Shown: positions 38,642 through 53,300, counted from the first letter of the whole stretch. The stretch: DNA of 63,890 bases, filler included, from Dugesia japonica (GCA_001938525.1; 6 parts of 6 records of this genome joined end to end with filler, not necessarily neighbours in it), one strand, 5' to 3'. Made by a program: numbers and translations. Notes: generated by a model from the letters alone, not told the origin.

Positions 38642-41034
38642 AGGTATCGATTTTGATTTAATAGTAAATTTTAATAAATGTTTATATTATTTTTAAAAAT
38701 TTTGATAATTATTTTACATGTACAACTTATATATACTACGATTAGTATAAATAATGGTACTAAATTCATTATTCCCCCTTTTTTATAATCTTACAAAGAC
38801 CTAAACTTTCTAAAGTTGCACATCAAAAATTAAAAATAGAAAACACTATTGCTGTAATATTTGAATAAAGAATAAAACTTAAAAGTAAAATTTTGTTTAT
38901 CTTATAGTAACACCATTGGCATTAAGTATTCAGCAATGTTGATGGCATAATGAATCGACCACTTGTCGTATTTTCAATTCAAAATCGAATTAGTCGCTTT
39001 AAATTCTATTAAAGTTTTCTTAACCCACTTTTTTCTGATCCTCCTGAGCAAAGATATCCATCTATACTAGCTGACATATCAGTCAATTTTCCCATGATTC
39101 CAAACTACTTACATGTCATATGGAAGATCAGCGTTGGGTACTATCATTTTAATTCCTCCGTGACAAATTATCATCGATTAGCCATTGGGCATTACTGTTA
39201 GGATTGATTTTAATCCCATCGGCGGAATGTCAAACATGTTGAGTAATATGGAATTTAACAAGTGATCTTATTGTATTTAAACTGAAATATGATATTAAAT
39301 GTGTCATTCTTAAAATTTGTTTTACGGTATTTATTATTGATTTGCTATTAAATAAGATCTAATTAGTATTGTTAATATCAGTGTGTTCTGCAGAAAACAA
39401 CCATTATAATTAGTCGGAACAAATATATTTCGATTCTCAGCAGCTATTTCTTTATGGATTATTGTAAATTCTAGTGCCAACATGATAATTATTCCTTATT
39501 ATTGTTTCAAAATTTATTGTGAATTCTACTGATCATGACAAGTGTTCCTAGGATTATGACTACTAATTATATGGTAATACTGTGTAATAACATTAAGGAT
39601 TTTATGTTTTGCATATGCTTGTCTTCATTAACGATGTTAATATTATGATTAAAGATTTATTAATAGTAAAAAAGACATTTTGTTATGATTTACGGGGAGC
39701 GTTTAAACCGCTATTTCAAACAACCCAACTTCCCTCGTATTGGATTCTATTTTTGCCTTTGATTTTATGTTCTTCATTAGTGCCTTAACCAAAATTCTTA
39801 AATTTTCTATGATTCTCTTTGTTGGGAAACATCACATGCAACCATAACATTTAAACATTCAAAATACAACTGATTACATACACATACACAAACAAACTCA
39901 ACAGATGAAACAGCGAAGCTCATCACCAAATGCCCCAATCAACTAGAACCTCAATCAACAATCAATTCGAATCGTTCAACATCTGATTTAACAATTTTAA
40001 TCTGACCGAATTATTTCGTTTGACATTTTTTTTATCAGTTTTATTCTATTACTTGACAGTTATTTATTATTTAATGCTGTATATTTTAGTATTTTTCTTT
40101 ATAATCTTATTTTATTTCTACAATAAATCAACTGTATTTAAAAATCAAAGTCTAAATTTGAAAACCAACTTTAGAGAAATTCGATCAAATAAAACTCTTA
40201 ATTGATTGTAGAAAGAAATTCAATATATTTTAATATAATTTTATTTATTTTGAGAAATTCAATATTTTAATGTATTTTATTTATTTTTAAAAATAAATTT
40301 TTTTAATTTAATCTAAATTTATTTAATTTTTGGAATTTATTTGTAATCTTAATGGAATTTTATTTATTTTATTAATGTATCTATACGCGTAATTTTGGTA
40401 TAAATAGAGAATGGTTTCTCAGTCAATCACCCTTAAAAAATTTAAATCTCAAGTCGAGTTTAGTTTTAACGAAACGACACTCGCGAGATAAAAATAATAA
40501 CGCCTGTAAAATTGTAATCAATAAAAGTTTTATTTAAACTAATTATAGTCTATAATTATGTCCGGCGGTTCCAGGTGCTACTCCATATATTATCCACTAA
40601 AAAACACCTTAGGTATTGTATATGTTTAGACATATTTATCTAGAATGAAAGAATAATTTAATTAATTGATAACACAAAATTTAAGTTTATCCGTCAATAC
40701 TCATGTCGACATTGGTGTGTAATGAGAATAACTCTACGAAGCATCGCAGATCAGTTTCGTCGGGCGACAGAATCTGCTCAGGTGTTAAAATATGACATAT
40801 CAATTGTCGCTTTCGAGATTTTTCTCTTTCCTGTTGATAAACGCAAAGTGTCCCATAATACTTTGGACATGGGTTTGTATCCTCTGCCCATGTACTAATA
40901 GAATTATTGATGTTTTTTGCTGTCACTCATCTATGTAGAGAAATTATAGCGTTGTAACGATTGAATTTTTTATTGATGGTGAAACAGTTGTGTCAATTAT
41001 TATTATTAATATTAATTATTATTATTAATACTTA

Positions 41035-41470
41035 TAGTGTTGAGATTCCATCTGAGTTAGTGATAGAAAACCTTAGCTGGGGAGAAAAATCAACCCTCAG
41101 TGGACCCCTCAACCCATAGTTAGAGTTCCGAATCGCACACCTTGTTTCGAGTTCACAATTCCCTTTAATTTTTAGGATTATTACGACGAAGATAAACGAT
41201 TTACAAGGAAAATTTATTTACAAAACATCTAGAGCTTCAGGATCTAACCACTGTACGGGCACGTCGTCTGTGAACCCGAACGCGGCCTCGTCATCGTCAC
41301 TAATTCATGGTTTGGAAGCATCAAAACTGTAACTCGCTGTCAGTTCAGCTATATATTGATTCAAAAAATTTACTTTATTATAAAGTTGGTGTGCCATTTT
41401 ATTGGCGATTTCAAGTAAGTAGTAACAAAAACTAAGACCATCGTGAACTAGAGACGCCTTAACAATAAAC
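41035..41470 (-). pseudogene. Unknown protein, QWLDP family copy 1
   Basis: KVNFLNQYIAEL...P*ISDDDEAAFGFTDDVPVQWLDPEALDVL; paralogous to 44735-45200. Confidence 0.55.
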
Positions 41471-44400
41471 GTTCAAAATAACATTATATTAAGCACTCAT
41501 TATCTTGAGCATACCAAATAAATATCTAAGCCTTAAAAATATATCAACATTCATGGATTATTAACTCTCACGTTAAACTCAATCCAGAGTTTGTCGTCGT
41601 ATTATCCTGTCCGTATTAATAATACAGGCAGTAAGGAAAATCCAATCAATCTTCGGTAAAGCTTAACGAATTACAGATTAAACTTGAATTAATCTGGCTT
41701 GATTTAAATGACTAAAACGCCCCAAAACTTCCCGGAACCGACAGCTTTTGGACAGTCGACCCAGTCGAACATTCGGCGAACAACTAAAAACTTGGCACAT
41801 ACCTCCCAATCTTTGCAGAAAAAGATAGTTATGTTAGTAGTAGAAGTTTCCTCTATGAGGAAACAAAATATAGAATACAACCGGTGAATCAAATCTCAGG
41901 GTATGAAGATTTGGAAATTGGAAGCGGAGATCAAATGGATCCGACATAAAAATGAAAGTTTATGAAATCATCCCTCAACATCGGCGAGCCCACCTCCTAA
42001 GAAGGCTAAGTTTTTATTATATTAAATTTATCTAAGATTAGGAATTCCTGATTTGTAATCATTAGACAGTTATGAAAGTCTGAAAATAGGAAAAATTTTT
42101 GATTTCTCTACAAATGTTCGAATTTACAGGAATTTTCAGATTAATCAATGCGAAATTTGAACAAAGTTTCGGGAACCTTATTATAAATACAATAAATTTT
42201 TCCTATTTTATACATTAATTTTTAGTATTCATATTATTATTATTTAAATGACTATGAACAAAACTACTATTTTATTTTCGAATTGTGTGCAATTTAAAAA
42301 TTTTTATTTTCATTGCAATTTAAATATTACTAGTCAAATTAAATGAAATGACTTTCTTTATCTCAGAAAATTTGAATTTTAAATTTTCAGTACTAAACTA
42401 AAAGTTTGTTCATATTGTTTTCAACAGAAAAAAATTAGTGCAAAGAAACAAAAAGAAACAATAGATCAATATACTGAAATAGCATCATTCTTGACAAAAA
42501 CAAGCCAGAAAGATGACGAATATATTATGAAATCATCGAATCTGTTAATGAAAATTCTTTCGATACAATGATTNNNNNNNNNNNNNNNTATTTTTAATCG
42601 TGGAAAGTGAATAAAAATAATAAACATTATAACAGTTATAGTAATTGATCCTCGTGATTTGCCATTTATACATTAAAATAAGTATTTTTATTCTTATTAC
42701 CTTCAGAAACACATCTAAATTAAAATCATCGAAAACACAAAATTTTAAAAACATCATTCCTTAAATATAATTTAATATAATCAATAATAATGCTGAGGCG
42801 AAACACCCGGAGGAATGAGAAGCAAAGTCGAAGGGGACCAGGAATAACCCAATATTAAAATAAAGATTACCGGAAGAAAAATCCAGACAATGATATTAAA
42901 TGGAAACTCAGAAGACCAAATCAAATACGATTATTTATAATAATCGCAAAATTAATAAAATTATTAAAGAAAATGGATAACAAAAGAAGGAATGAATATA
43001 AAAAAAATTAATAATTAATTCAACAAAAAAATTTATTAAAATTAAGACAAAATCCGTTTTACCCGAATAACTTCGCTCAAGGAGATCGGAAAGAACCCGG
43101 AGAAGAAAATATGAAAAGAGAACAAGACGCATTTAAATTGCTAAGAAAAAAATTACCACCATCCAGAAGGTTGCTACAGGGTCCTTAAGATCGGGCCAAT
43201 AGGAAATCTAAAAATAAAAATAAAACAAAGAGACAAGTATTATGTGTCCGTCCAAAAATAGACGCCAATGATAACTCCAAAATTCCATGAAAATTCTAGA
43301 GAATTGGCATTGGAGCCAATAGAATCGGAAAACGTCGATCTAAAAATAATCAATAAATCTGGAAAAGTTGGGGTGTCAAGAAAATCCTATAAAAGGACCC
43401 CCGATTTTAGAATAAAAAACACAAAAAATTTTTAGTTATCTAATTGTACTTTCGTATATAAGCGCACCTATTGAACTTTAGTACCAGACCTATTATTGAT
43501 AAAAGGAAGAAGAAAAACCGCTTATCAATTCATAATTAATTATCGTCAATCAAGAATAATTCAACCCCATCAGAGCACCAACAGGTAAATTATAGTAACT
43601 TAGCGTCAGTAAAAAGAAAAAAGAATAAGCCACAGAAGGAATTCGGGTTTTCTATCAAATTTATACGCCTAGGGATAGCCATATCAACTACGATCACCGT
43701 TGCAGAAAATTTCCAGTAATATAGAAAAATTAAAGTAATTATTTTTTATTTCTTGTTAAAAATCGGGTTATTGATAAAATGTTGAATATTATGTATCATA
43801 ATACATTAATTTATATTGAAAATTTTATGTTATTATTCGTCTCAGATAAATAAGAAGCATGGCAGATATTTTGTTGATAATTTGGATGTCGATTAAAATA
43901 AAAAGCAACAAATTTTTTATATACATATGTATATTGGAATTAATTCTGTATTAATAACCTTATAAAGAAACCAAACAGTAAATCAGTCTTACTACTCATT
44001 AAAATAAATATATTATTACTTCGTAAATAACGTAATTCTAAATTATGTCATATGTAAAGCAAATAATGGGCGGTTAATAAGAAAATGATATGAGCGGTTG
44101 AACCTGTTTTTCTTTTTGTTTCGTCCAATAATTTTATAAAAAATAAACCATAAGAAAAAGAAAATTATATACTAAGTGTTTATTTCGTAAAATTAGTAAA
44201 TCATCAAAAATTGCTACTAAACTCGGCTAGTTCAAGTGCATTATTCCAGATAATTCGATCATAAGTCCTCGCTGAACAACAATCACCGATCATTAAACTC
44301 CCATTTATTCAGAAATAGCAACGAGTTGTGCCACAGGACATCTTTAAACAGAAATAATTATTTTGCTGGAGTATTTCCCCGACAAAATAAATATTACGCA

Positions 44401-44734
44401 TTCCAAAAAAATCTATAAGCTTGTCCGATCGATATTCACAATTACTACAAGTTGGTATGCGTATGTAAGGGCTAGCTAATTAGTCACAAATTTACATTAA
44501 CGCTTTTCACTTAACTTTACATTCTATTTATACACACATACTCAGAACTTATCTTAAGATTCTGACACACTGATCGATATAGTCACTAGGCAACAGTAAC
44601 GAGCGGTAAGTCAAATAAAAAAAATATATATAAAAAACCAATAAATTTAATTCAGTTATTAATTTTTTTTGTTGTATGGGGAGTTTTATTAATATTATAA
44701 CTACCATTCTTATAAATATTAATAATGATATTAA

Positions 44735-45711
44735 TAGTATTGTTGGGGTCCCACTTGAGTTGAGTGATACGAAAAGGTGGCTGGGGAAAAACAGCCTTCA
44801 GGGGAACACTTTTAAGAATTTACCCTACCATCCCTGGAGTAGGTTTTCAGTTTATAGCGGTTGACCTTACTCTTAATGGAAGGTACACGCCGTTAAACTT
44901 TTATTTCGGGTTCAATATTTTTCTCTTATTTGTATTATTAAAGACAAGATATTACAATTCTGGTTACAGGTGTTTATTACATAAAAATATTTGAATTAAA
45001 TCAAGCCCTCCTGGATCCAACCATTGGTCTGGATCGGACACGGAGAAATTGAACGCGGCAATGTCGTCATTATCTTTCCATTGCAATATTGAGGGGTTGT
45101 TTATCTGAGGGGAGAGGTCAGCAATATACTGTTTGAGAAATTCTATCTTTCTCAACAATATTTGTTTAGTTTCTTCCTCAAGTGCTTTGGTTTGGGAAGC
45201 CAGATCCGTTTGCTTTCTTACGATCAGATCTAATTTTTTTATAAGTTAGTCACGCTGAGCTAAATGCCTGAGGATGGTCTTATCCACCTTACGCTTCAGA
45301 TGACGTTCGACCAGTAAGCGGCGCCTAATTCTATGGCACTTTTTCAAACTCGTTGGAAATGTGATTCTTGGCACTAAAATCAAGAATTATAATTAAGCGG
45401 CCAAAACCCAATTCAGGAGAAATAAAGTCAATTTAGGTAATAAATGGTTTATTAAAAATCATAACATAGCGGACAAGGTAACTCAAGAACGGCCAGTTTG
45501 GGTGCCTTTATCAATCATGAGAGGCTTCAGATAAGATTTCTCTTTTAAACGAAGAATGTCTTTGACCAGTTTATTCTTACGGTCATGGCTGGACCGGATA
45601 ATTTCAGCGAAGGATTTTACCTGGGCCTTCAAGACCGGCTCTTGCTCCTGGACCAACTTCATTTCGTCGCGGATGTTTGAACATTTGGTTTTATATCTTT
45701 TTACTTTCGCG
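44735..45711 (-). pseudogene. Unknown protein, QWLDP family copy 2, with coiled-coil-like upstream coding sequence
   Basis: KIEFLKQYIADL...QWKDNDDIAAFNFSVSDPDQWLDPGGLDLI...PLKAVFPQPPFRITQLKWDPN. Confidence 0.55.
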
Positions 45712-45811
45712 NNNNNNNNNNNNNNNNNNNNNNNNNNNNNNNNNNNNNNNNNNNNTTAATTAATTAANNNNNNNNNNNNNNNNNNNNNNNNNNNNNNNNN
45801 NNNNNNNNNNN

Positions 45812-47215
45812 CCCAAATTTGGAATTAATTTAGATGAATCAACTTTACTTAGCAATAATTCATGTTTTATTGTATATATATACTAGATCAGTTAATAAAG
45901 ATGACACATCCAGAAAACTTGTTTTTGCATTTGATTGAATTTTCATAGACAAAGTGCTGAATGTATATTTATCACTCTATTAGCAGAATTAAATATCCTT
46001 GGATTAACTGAAGCTATTTTACAAGATTGTCTTATTTCCTTAATTTGCGGTGGTGCTGCTGTTTTGCTAGGACGTAAATCTGGAGTTGCTAAATTGCTTC
46101 TGGAAAAGTACCTTAATCTTATAATAATAAGATTAAAAACATTACTGGTGTTAATTATCTTAGAACAATTGTTGAAAAAATACGTACGCTATATGCTTCT
46201 TCTCCTAAGAGCCAACGAGAACTAAAAGCATGTTCGCAATCATTTGATCAGTCTCTATTAAAAATTGAATGAATTGTAGATGTTTGTTGGGTTTCATCCT
46301 CTTTGAAAACCGTAAAAGCACTCTGGGTAGATTAACCTGCTTTATTTAAGCATTTTTTTAAAGCTTAAAGAGGCAAGAAGAGACGAATACGAAATGACTA
46401 AGTTTAGCGGATTAGCTTTGAAAGTAACATCAATTGCTTCTGTTCAGAACTTGTATATGATGCCATGATGGACCTATGGAATTTATCTTTAAAACTGGAA
46501 GAAAGAAAATGTACAATAATTACATCTCTCCGGGAAATATGTTTACAAGTTCGTATTTTTGAATCCATAATAGATCAACTAGGAAGGCATTAGTCCGAAA
46601 CAATAGCGGCAGTGCAAAAGAAAACGTTTCGTGGTGTTGAACTTGTAATTGGGAATAAAACAAACTTGGTCTTCGATTTATAGGAGTTTGGACAATAACC
46701 TTCTCTCAAGAATGTTTGTAATTAGACACAATGATACAAATTAATCTAAAATAAAGTATAATAATTATAGTATGTAGCCTGTAATTAAGAAATGTGGCAT
46801 ACGGTACAGCGAAGAAGAGGTCTGCTTGTTCTCACAAAGATTTAATATAAATCGAGAAACTGCAATAAAAGATTTTCGAACATTCATAAATACGACTGGC
46901 AGTAAAATTTATACAAATTTAAATCAACATTTTACAGTAATAACTACAATAGCAATTTCAAGTGCAGAATGTGAACGAATATTTTCAGCTATGAATTTAA
47001 TAGTAACACCAACATGTTCGTCTTTATCGACTAGAACTTTCTCAAATTTGCTATTTATAAAACATTTTGGTTCTCCACTTACTTTTTTTTATCCCAAAAG
47101 GTATGTTTGCAGTTGGCTAGCCAAAGGAAAACATAGCGCTCTAGACACTCAATCGAGATCTAGGAGTGCTAAAGTATATGACGAAAATATGGAAAAAATA
47201 TGGAATTTATTATAA
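45812..47215 (+). mobile_element. Degenerate hAT transposase, KIAA1586-like family
   Basis: INLDEST; GGAAVLLGRKSGV; C-terminal dimerisation domain AISSAECERIFSAMN...SNLLFIK..GSPL..F.P..YV.SWL..GKHSA. Confidence 0.85.
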
Positions 47216-47269
47216 TTATTTTTTGAATAATAAATAAAAAANNNNNNNNNNNNNNNNNNNNNNNNNNNN

Positions 47270-47430
47270 GTAGAAACAAGAAATAAAAGTCAAGACAGAT
47301 TAAAAGGTTCTTATCGAATAATTGAGAAAATTCACAAAAGACGGTATGCTGTACAATGAGAAAATGGAAAGCGATTGGAGATAAATATGGATAAACTTAG
47401 AAAGTTTCTTAAAAAGAGGAATATAAGGAA
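47270..47430 (+). pseudogene. Gypsy integrase C-terminal remnant and PPT-like tract
   Basis: RLKGSYRIIEKIHKRRY..ENGKRLEINMDKLRKF, similar to 60840-60960; AAAAAGAGGAA. Confidence 0.45.
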
Positions 47431-48233
47431 ATAATTATGAAGAATTTTAAACAATAGAAATTGATTAAAATTATTTTAATTAATTATTTATTTCTATTCA
47501 ACATTGTTTTATTAAAAATATTCAAAGTTTTCATTAAAATAAAGAAAAAGCTTTGATCAAAATAAAACGTATTTTTATAGAAGCTTTTTATTTATTTTAA
47601 TGAAGTAAACTCAAATGCGATAAATGGTTAACTCCAATAATTATTCTCGCAATAATTCTTGTAATTATAATATTCACAGTTGTGAATTGTGAAATAAATT
47701 GTGAAAACGTCTCAAATGAATAGTTGTGATTTATAAAAAAACAATTATCTTTAGAAGATTTACCTAGCAATATTAAATCATTTTTATCACATGAAAATTT
47801 CTAGGATCAATATAAGATGTAAGAAATTATAAATAAGAGAGTTAATTAACTGAGTGGAGAAAATAAATCGTTAGAATACGAATAAAAACCATGACCCAAA
47901 TCCTCAGAATTTGTCTGTTATAAGTAAAAGCTTGAATAAGAACAAAGCCTATTGAATGTAGCAATTGTATGAATTACAGATTTTCTGAAGCTATTAGACA
48001 ATATCTATGAAATTTGTCAACTTCCAATCCAATTTGAAAATACAATCACCTCAATTATAGGTCACCGGTATTGCTGAAATAGAGTTCACTGCTAATGATT
48101 AACATTTTCGTGTTCTCATCCCGTTATAAAAAAACCTCACATGAGAAACATTTGAAAATGTTTTATAAAACATAATAATGACTAGGTTAATTATACTAGG
48201 TTATACTAAGACAATAAAATTTTACTGTGGTTG

Positions 48234-48295
48234 AATTATTATTATNNNNNNNNNNNNNNNNNNNNNNNNNNNNNNNNNNNNNNNNNNNNNNNNNN

Positions 48296-48364
<69 letters not shown>

Positions 48365-48744
48365 AACAATAAATTATTGAAAATTTATATAAAATAAGGT
48401 TTAAACTTAATTACCGCTTTCTTTCAATTATAAATAACAAAGGTAAATAAATCTGGATCGGCGTTTCTTAATTTTAGCATCACGCACTGCTTCATTGTAT
48501 TAGTTTTCGTTTCTTAATTATTTAAATCATTGGCGATCATCAAAATTCCGCCCAAAGAACTTTCTTATTCATGAAATATTAATTGCTTTTGTAGTCGTAA
48601 CTCATTGCTGATATTGTTAGAATTATTTAATGGTTCCGCATGATATGGGTCATTCTCCTTATATCTATTATTTATTGACTCAAACATCCGCCATTAGTAA
48701 TGCAAAAATTTTACTACGATGAACAGTTATTTTCAATAATAATG

Positions 48745-48813
<69 letters not shown>

Positions 48814-48873
48814 NNNNNNNNNNNNNNNNNNNNNNNNNNNNNNNNNNNNNNNNNNNNNNNNNNNNNNNNNNNN

Positions 48874-48945
<72 letters not shown>

Positions 48946-49151
48946 TTTACCATTACAATTATTGCGAGAATAATTGTTGGACGTAACCATTGATCGTTTT
49001 GCAGAATTCATTAAAATAAAAACTTCGTTCAATTTTTTTTTGTTTTTGATAATAATAATTTTGAATTATTATCAATTACAAAGAATTATTTTTGATTGAA
49101 ACTTTTATTTTAATGAATAATAAGAATAATAATTACAATAATTACAATTAA

Positions 49152-49214
<63 letters not shown>

Positions 49215-49270
49215 NNNNNNNNNNNNNNNNNNNNNNNNNNNNNNNNNNNNNNNNNNNNNNNNNNTATTAT
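48234..49270. repeat. (ATT)n microsatellite arrays at 48234-48362, 48746-48945 and 49152-49272; another at 61181-61345
   Basis: Perfect ATT/AAT triplet runs spanning gaps. Confidence 0.95.
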
Positions 49271-50347
49271 TATTGTTATCATCATTATCATGTTATACAA
49301 TAATCTTCATTTATCGTCTCACTAATTATTGTCGAAAAAATTCTCAATTTCTGATCAAAACGAATATTCATTTCATTCTAATTAGATAATTTATCAACAA
49401 AATTATTTAGTAGAAGATAATTAATTCTCATGTTTGTCACTTCAACTTTCACTGAACCTTACACAATGAAGTAGATGGTTGAACAACATTGTTCAATAAT
49501 GTTAGAAATGAGAGAAAAAGGACTTGACAATGATTGATGATGAAAATTAGTTTATTATGCTTCATATCATCCAGCAATGAATTTTTTAATAATTGCTGTT
49601 TTTTGTTTTAATAATTTACTTGATGACCAACAATAGAAATTACAAATCTAAATTTGGACCAATGTTTAGGTTTGTTTTTTACCTGTTCATTTTGCTGCTT
49701 ATGTTTATTTATAAAAGAGTTTTAAGAAATAGTTCATACTTTTTTGAATTTTTTAGTTTGTTATGTTTAATGGTATATTAAAATCATTATATTGTAGTAT
49801 ATTATATTATATTATTTTATATCATTTTATATCATTTTATATTGTTTTATATTATTTTATATTATTTTATATATTATTTTTTATTATTTTATATTATTTT
49901 ATATTATTTTATATATTATTTTTTATTATTTGATATTATTTTATATTATATTATATTATATTGAGATTTTTTTGAAAAACTAAAAAACATTGTTAACTTT
50001 TTCAAAAAAATTAAATAACACCATTTCACAAAATAATTATATTCCGCCATTAATTTAGACGGAATAACCGTCATCATCAGGCAATTAATGATTAGTAAAA
50101 CAAATTATTTAAAATTTTTAAATGATAATATAATTTCAATTATGAAATCTCAATAAATAATAAAAAATAATTTTAAGAGCAATGTTGAATCTTTCAACTA
50201 AACATTAATTTTAGGATTTATCGCCATTATCAACAAAGCTTCACACATCACTCTCTCCAAATAATTATTAAATCCACTGTACAAACCCTTTTGGTTTTAT
50301 ACATTTTCTCCGATGCTCAACAATATTACTATTTATACTATTTAGAC

Positions 50348-50370
50348 CAGGAGTCTCAAACACGCGGCCC
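50348..50370 (+). mobile_element. Buster/SPIN-like hAT TIR remnant
   Basis: CAGGAGTCTCAAACACGCGGCCC preceded by an nnnTAnnn-type site (ATTTAGAC). Confidence 0.4.
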
Positions 50371-53300
50371 ACAATGCTTCACTTGGACTAGCAAAAGATT
50401 ACTTGTTTAAGCAGCTTTACTTTGTAAATTTTAGAGATAACTAAAGATTTTCATTTTAAATATGGCTCTAGTTTAAATATATTTTCATTTTTATTTCATA
50501 ATTATTTTTATTTCTCAATAAATTCAAAAAGTCAATTCCTGACGAAGGCATAGTCAAAATATCGAATCAATCTCAAAAAATAAAAATAAAGTTTTGATTG
50601 AAGCTTTTATTTTAAATGAATTCTAAAAACGATCAAGGATCATGTACAACAATTATTCTCGCAATAATTGTAATAGTAAAAAAATTCAAAATAATGAAAT
50701 ATTTTTTTAAAAATACAGTAAATTTTAATAAATTGGTTTGTTTTAATTATATTTGCTAATATTTGCTACCTCCACTATTGAAAAATTTTTCAAATTTCTA
50801 ATATTATCAAAAGGTTTGGCTAATTTAAATTATGAAAGTCTTTAAAATTTTTAATGTAAAATTTGTCTTTGAAAATTTTTATTTAAATTATTTTCTTATT
50901 TAAAATATTGTAGATATAATAATAAAAATAAGAAATACATTTGCTTAACATTTAATCAAAAAATTGAAAATAATTTATTATAATAAAAACAATAAAAATA
51001 TATCTGAATATATATGAGATAAATATTTTTAAAAAATTTTAAGCATTGATCTCTGAATGATAAAATTAAATATTTGCAAAATTAAGAAAATAAACTAAGA
51101 CTTAGTTCAAAAAATGTTTTTTTTAGAATTTTTATTAAAATTACAAAAATTTCAAAAAATTTTATTTTTTCCAAAAAAGTTTTCGAATTTATCTTCTTCT
51201 TGAGTTGTGATGGATTTATTAGATTTTTATGTAAATAAAGATGTTTTTAAAAATTATATTTTTTAATCCTGATTTTCAATTTATAATATTATTGAAATTT
51301 ATATTAATATCTGGTTTAAATTTTTTGATTAAAGTTTCTTTGTTTTTTCTTTCTATGGATTATTGATATATAGTAGGAATCTATAATTTTTTATTGCATT
51401 AAATTGTAGTCAGCATGAATATTAAGATCGTGTATGAAATGTTTATAGACCTCACTATCCATATGTTTGATATATTCTTTATTCTGGTTCTGATTGTTCT
51501 AAAAGTTTCGCCTATGTATGATTTATTGAATATTGTACAAATAATTTCATGTTTCATTTTTTAATACATATATACTTGTTATTACATNNNNNNNNNNNNN
51601 NNNNNNNNNNNNNNNNNNNNNNNNNNNNNNNNNNNNNNNNNNNNNNNNNNNNTTTAGAGATCGAAAATAATACGGAAGAGTTAAGAATCGAATTTTTAAC
51701 TTTTGAAATAATTCAACACAACTTTGTAACATTGAATAACTTTTTATAGAAACGTGTTATATTGTTAAGTTAACTAAGGAAATCGTTGTAAATTAATAGA
51801 TTTTTTGAAGAAAAAGCGAAATATTTTTATATTTATTATATTGTAGTCATTTAGATATAATAGTTGAATATTAAGGTCGTCATCTAATCATAAGGGCATT
51901 ATTTAGTTTAATATGCAAAATTCCAATTTTTTTTAATAATAAAGGAACATTAATAATACATAAATATTTCTTCGATTCTGAAATGTTATTACATTTGCAT
52001 AGGCGGAATGATAAGGTATAACTCTTACATTACAAGACTCTACAAGACTCCGGTTTTTTTCCTTTTGATTCCTTTGATTTAACCCGATATATTATGATGT
52101 CTGCAATATTGTTGAAAAATAAAATGACACAAGAGTTTTATTTTTAGTTCAAATGGTTGACAAAAGCATGGTTCCATAGTGGTATTACCGTAGAGTAACG
52201 ATTTACCGAAGTATAAACACTCACGTGATTCTTTCAATAAATAATGATTTGAAAATTATACATGTTGCATTGTCCGTCATCGTCATGCTTATTATAGGGA
52301 ATTGATGAGTTAGAGAAATTTGGGACAAACTGAGAAACTCGGAATATTGAATTAAGTCGCATATTACTTAATTCTTCATATTTGCTTCAAGTTAAATGTT
52401 TTATCTTAGAAAATCTTCCATAGTAAATAAGATTCGTCATAATTTATGATATTTCTTGGACTATAAACAAACACTATATTCAAAAATTAGTTCATAAACT
52501 CTTTAACATTTTGATATTAACTCTACAAGGCATTTCGACAATTCGTTTTGATATAACATCATTCTTCTTCTAAATCATTTGAAACTATTAATGAGATACT
52601 TTCAAATTTGTAATTTTCTTTTAACCTGATCACCGGTTACAAGTAAAGACATTGAATTAAGTTTTTAAAATAAAATAAACCAAACCAAATTTCATGTTTT
52701 TAATTTACAATTTTTTAATTTGTTTTCCTGGAAATATTCTGTTTGGACTAGATTTCTGAAAACTAAATTTCGATATCAGTTTTAAACTCGTTAATTATTC
52801 GTAATTTTCTTAAGAGTCTGCATGGACTCAATAACTTTTCATGAAAATCTTAATCTATTATATCCATCACCATCTTTATTAAAAGTTCTTAAACTCTGTT
52901 CCAATTCTTTTTATTCTAAATACTAATCCAAAATTCCAAGTTCACTCGCAATCAGTCAAAATTTGCCGCGTCACTTGCTTGTAGTCTGAAATTTAATTAC
53001 TTCTTAGAAGTCTGGTCGGCGTAAAGCAGGGTGCAGACTTATCCAGAGTTTAAACAAATTCATCTTATTTGTACAAGAATGATCTCCTATACTGATGTCA
53101 TCCAGTTATTATTTCAAAATGAGCAGCACTGTTTTCTGATTTCCGTTGCTTTATTATGAGAACTTTCAATTCCATTCGTAAATGTTTTTATTAAGGTTAT
53201 ATAAAGTTATACCTTGGATTGTTTATTTTATAATTTTTTATAATTTAATTTATTCTCTTAATTCTTTATTATTATTTTATATTTTGTTTGATTTTAATTG

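Noticed and set aside
48700-49032. Poly-L/I/N/Y ORFs (also 61117-61365)
   Set aside because: Translations of ATT microsatellites.
52160-52330. Minus-strand peptides SIPYNKHDDDGQCNMY and GNTTMEPC, resembling an SLC22 extracellular loop
   Set aside because: No consistent frame or splice model and no adjacent TM exons could be built.
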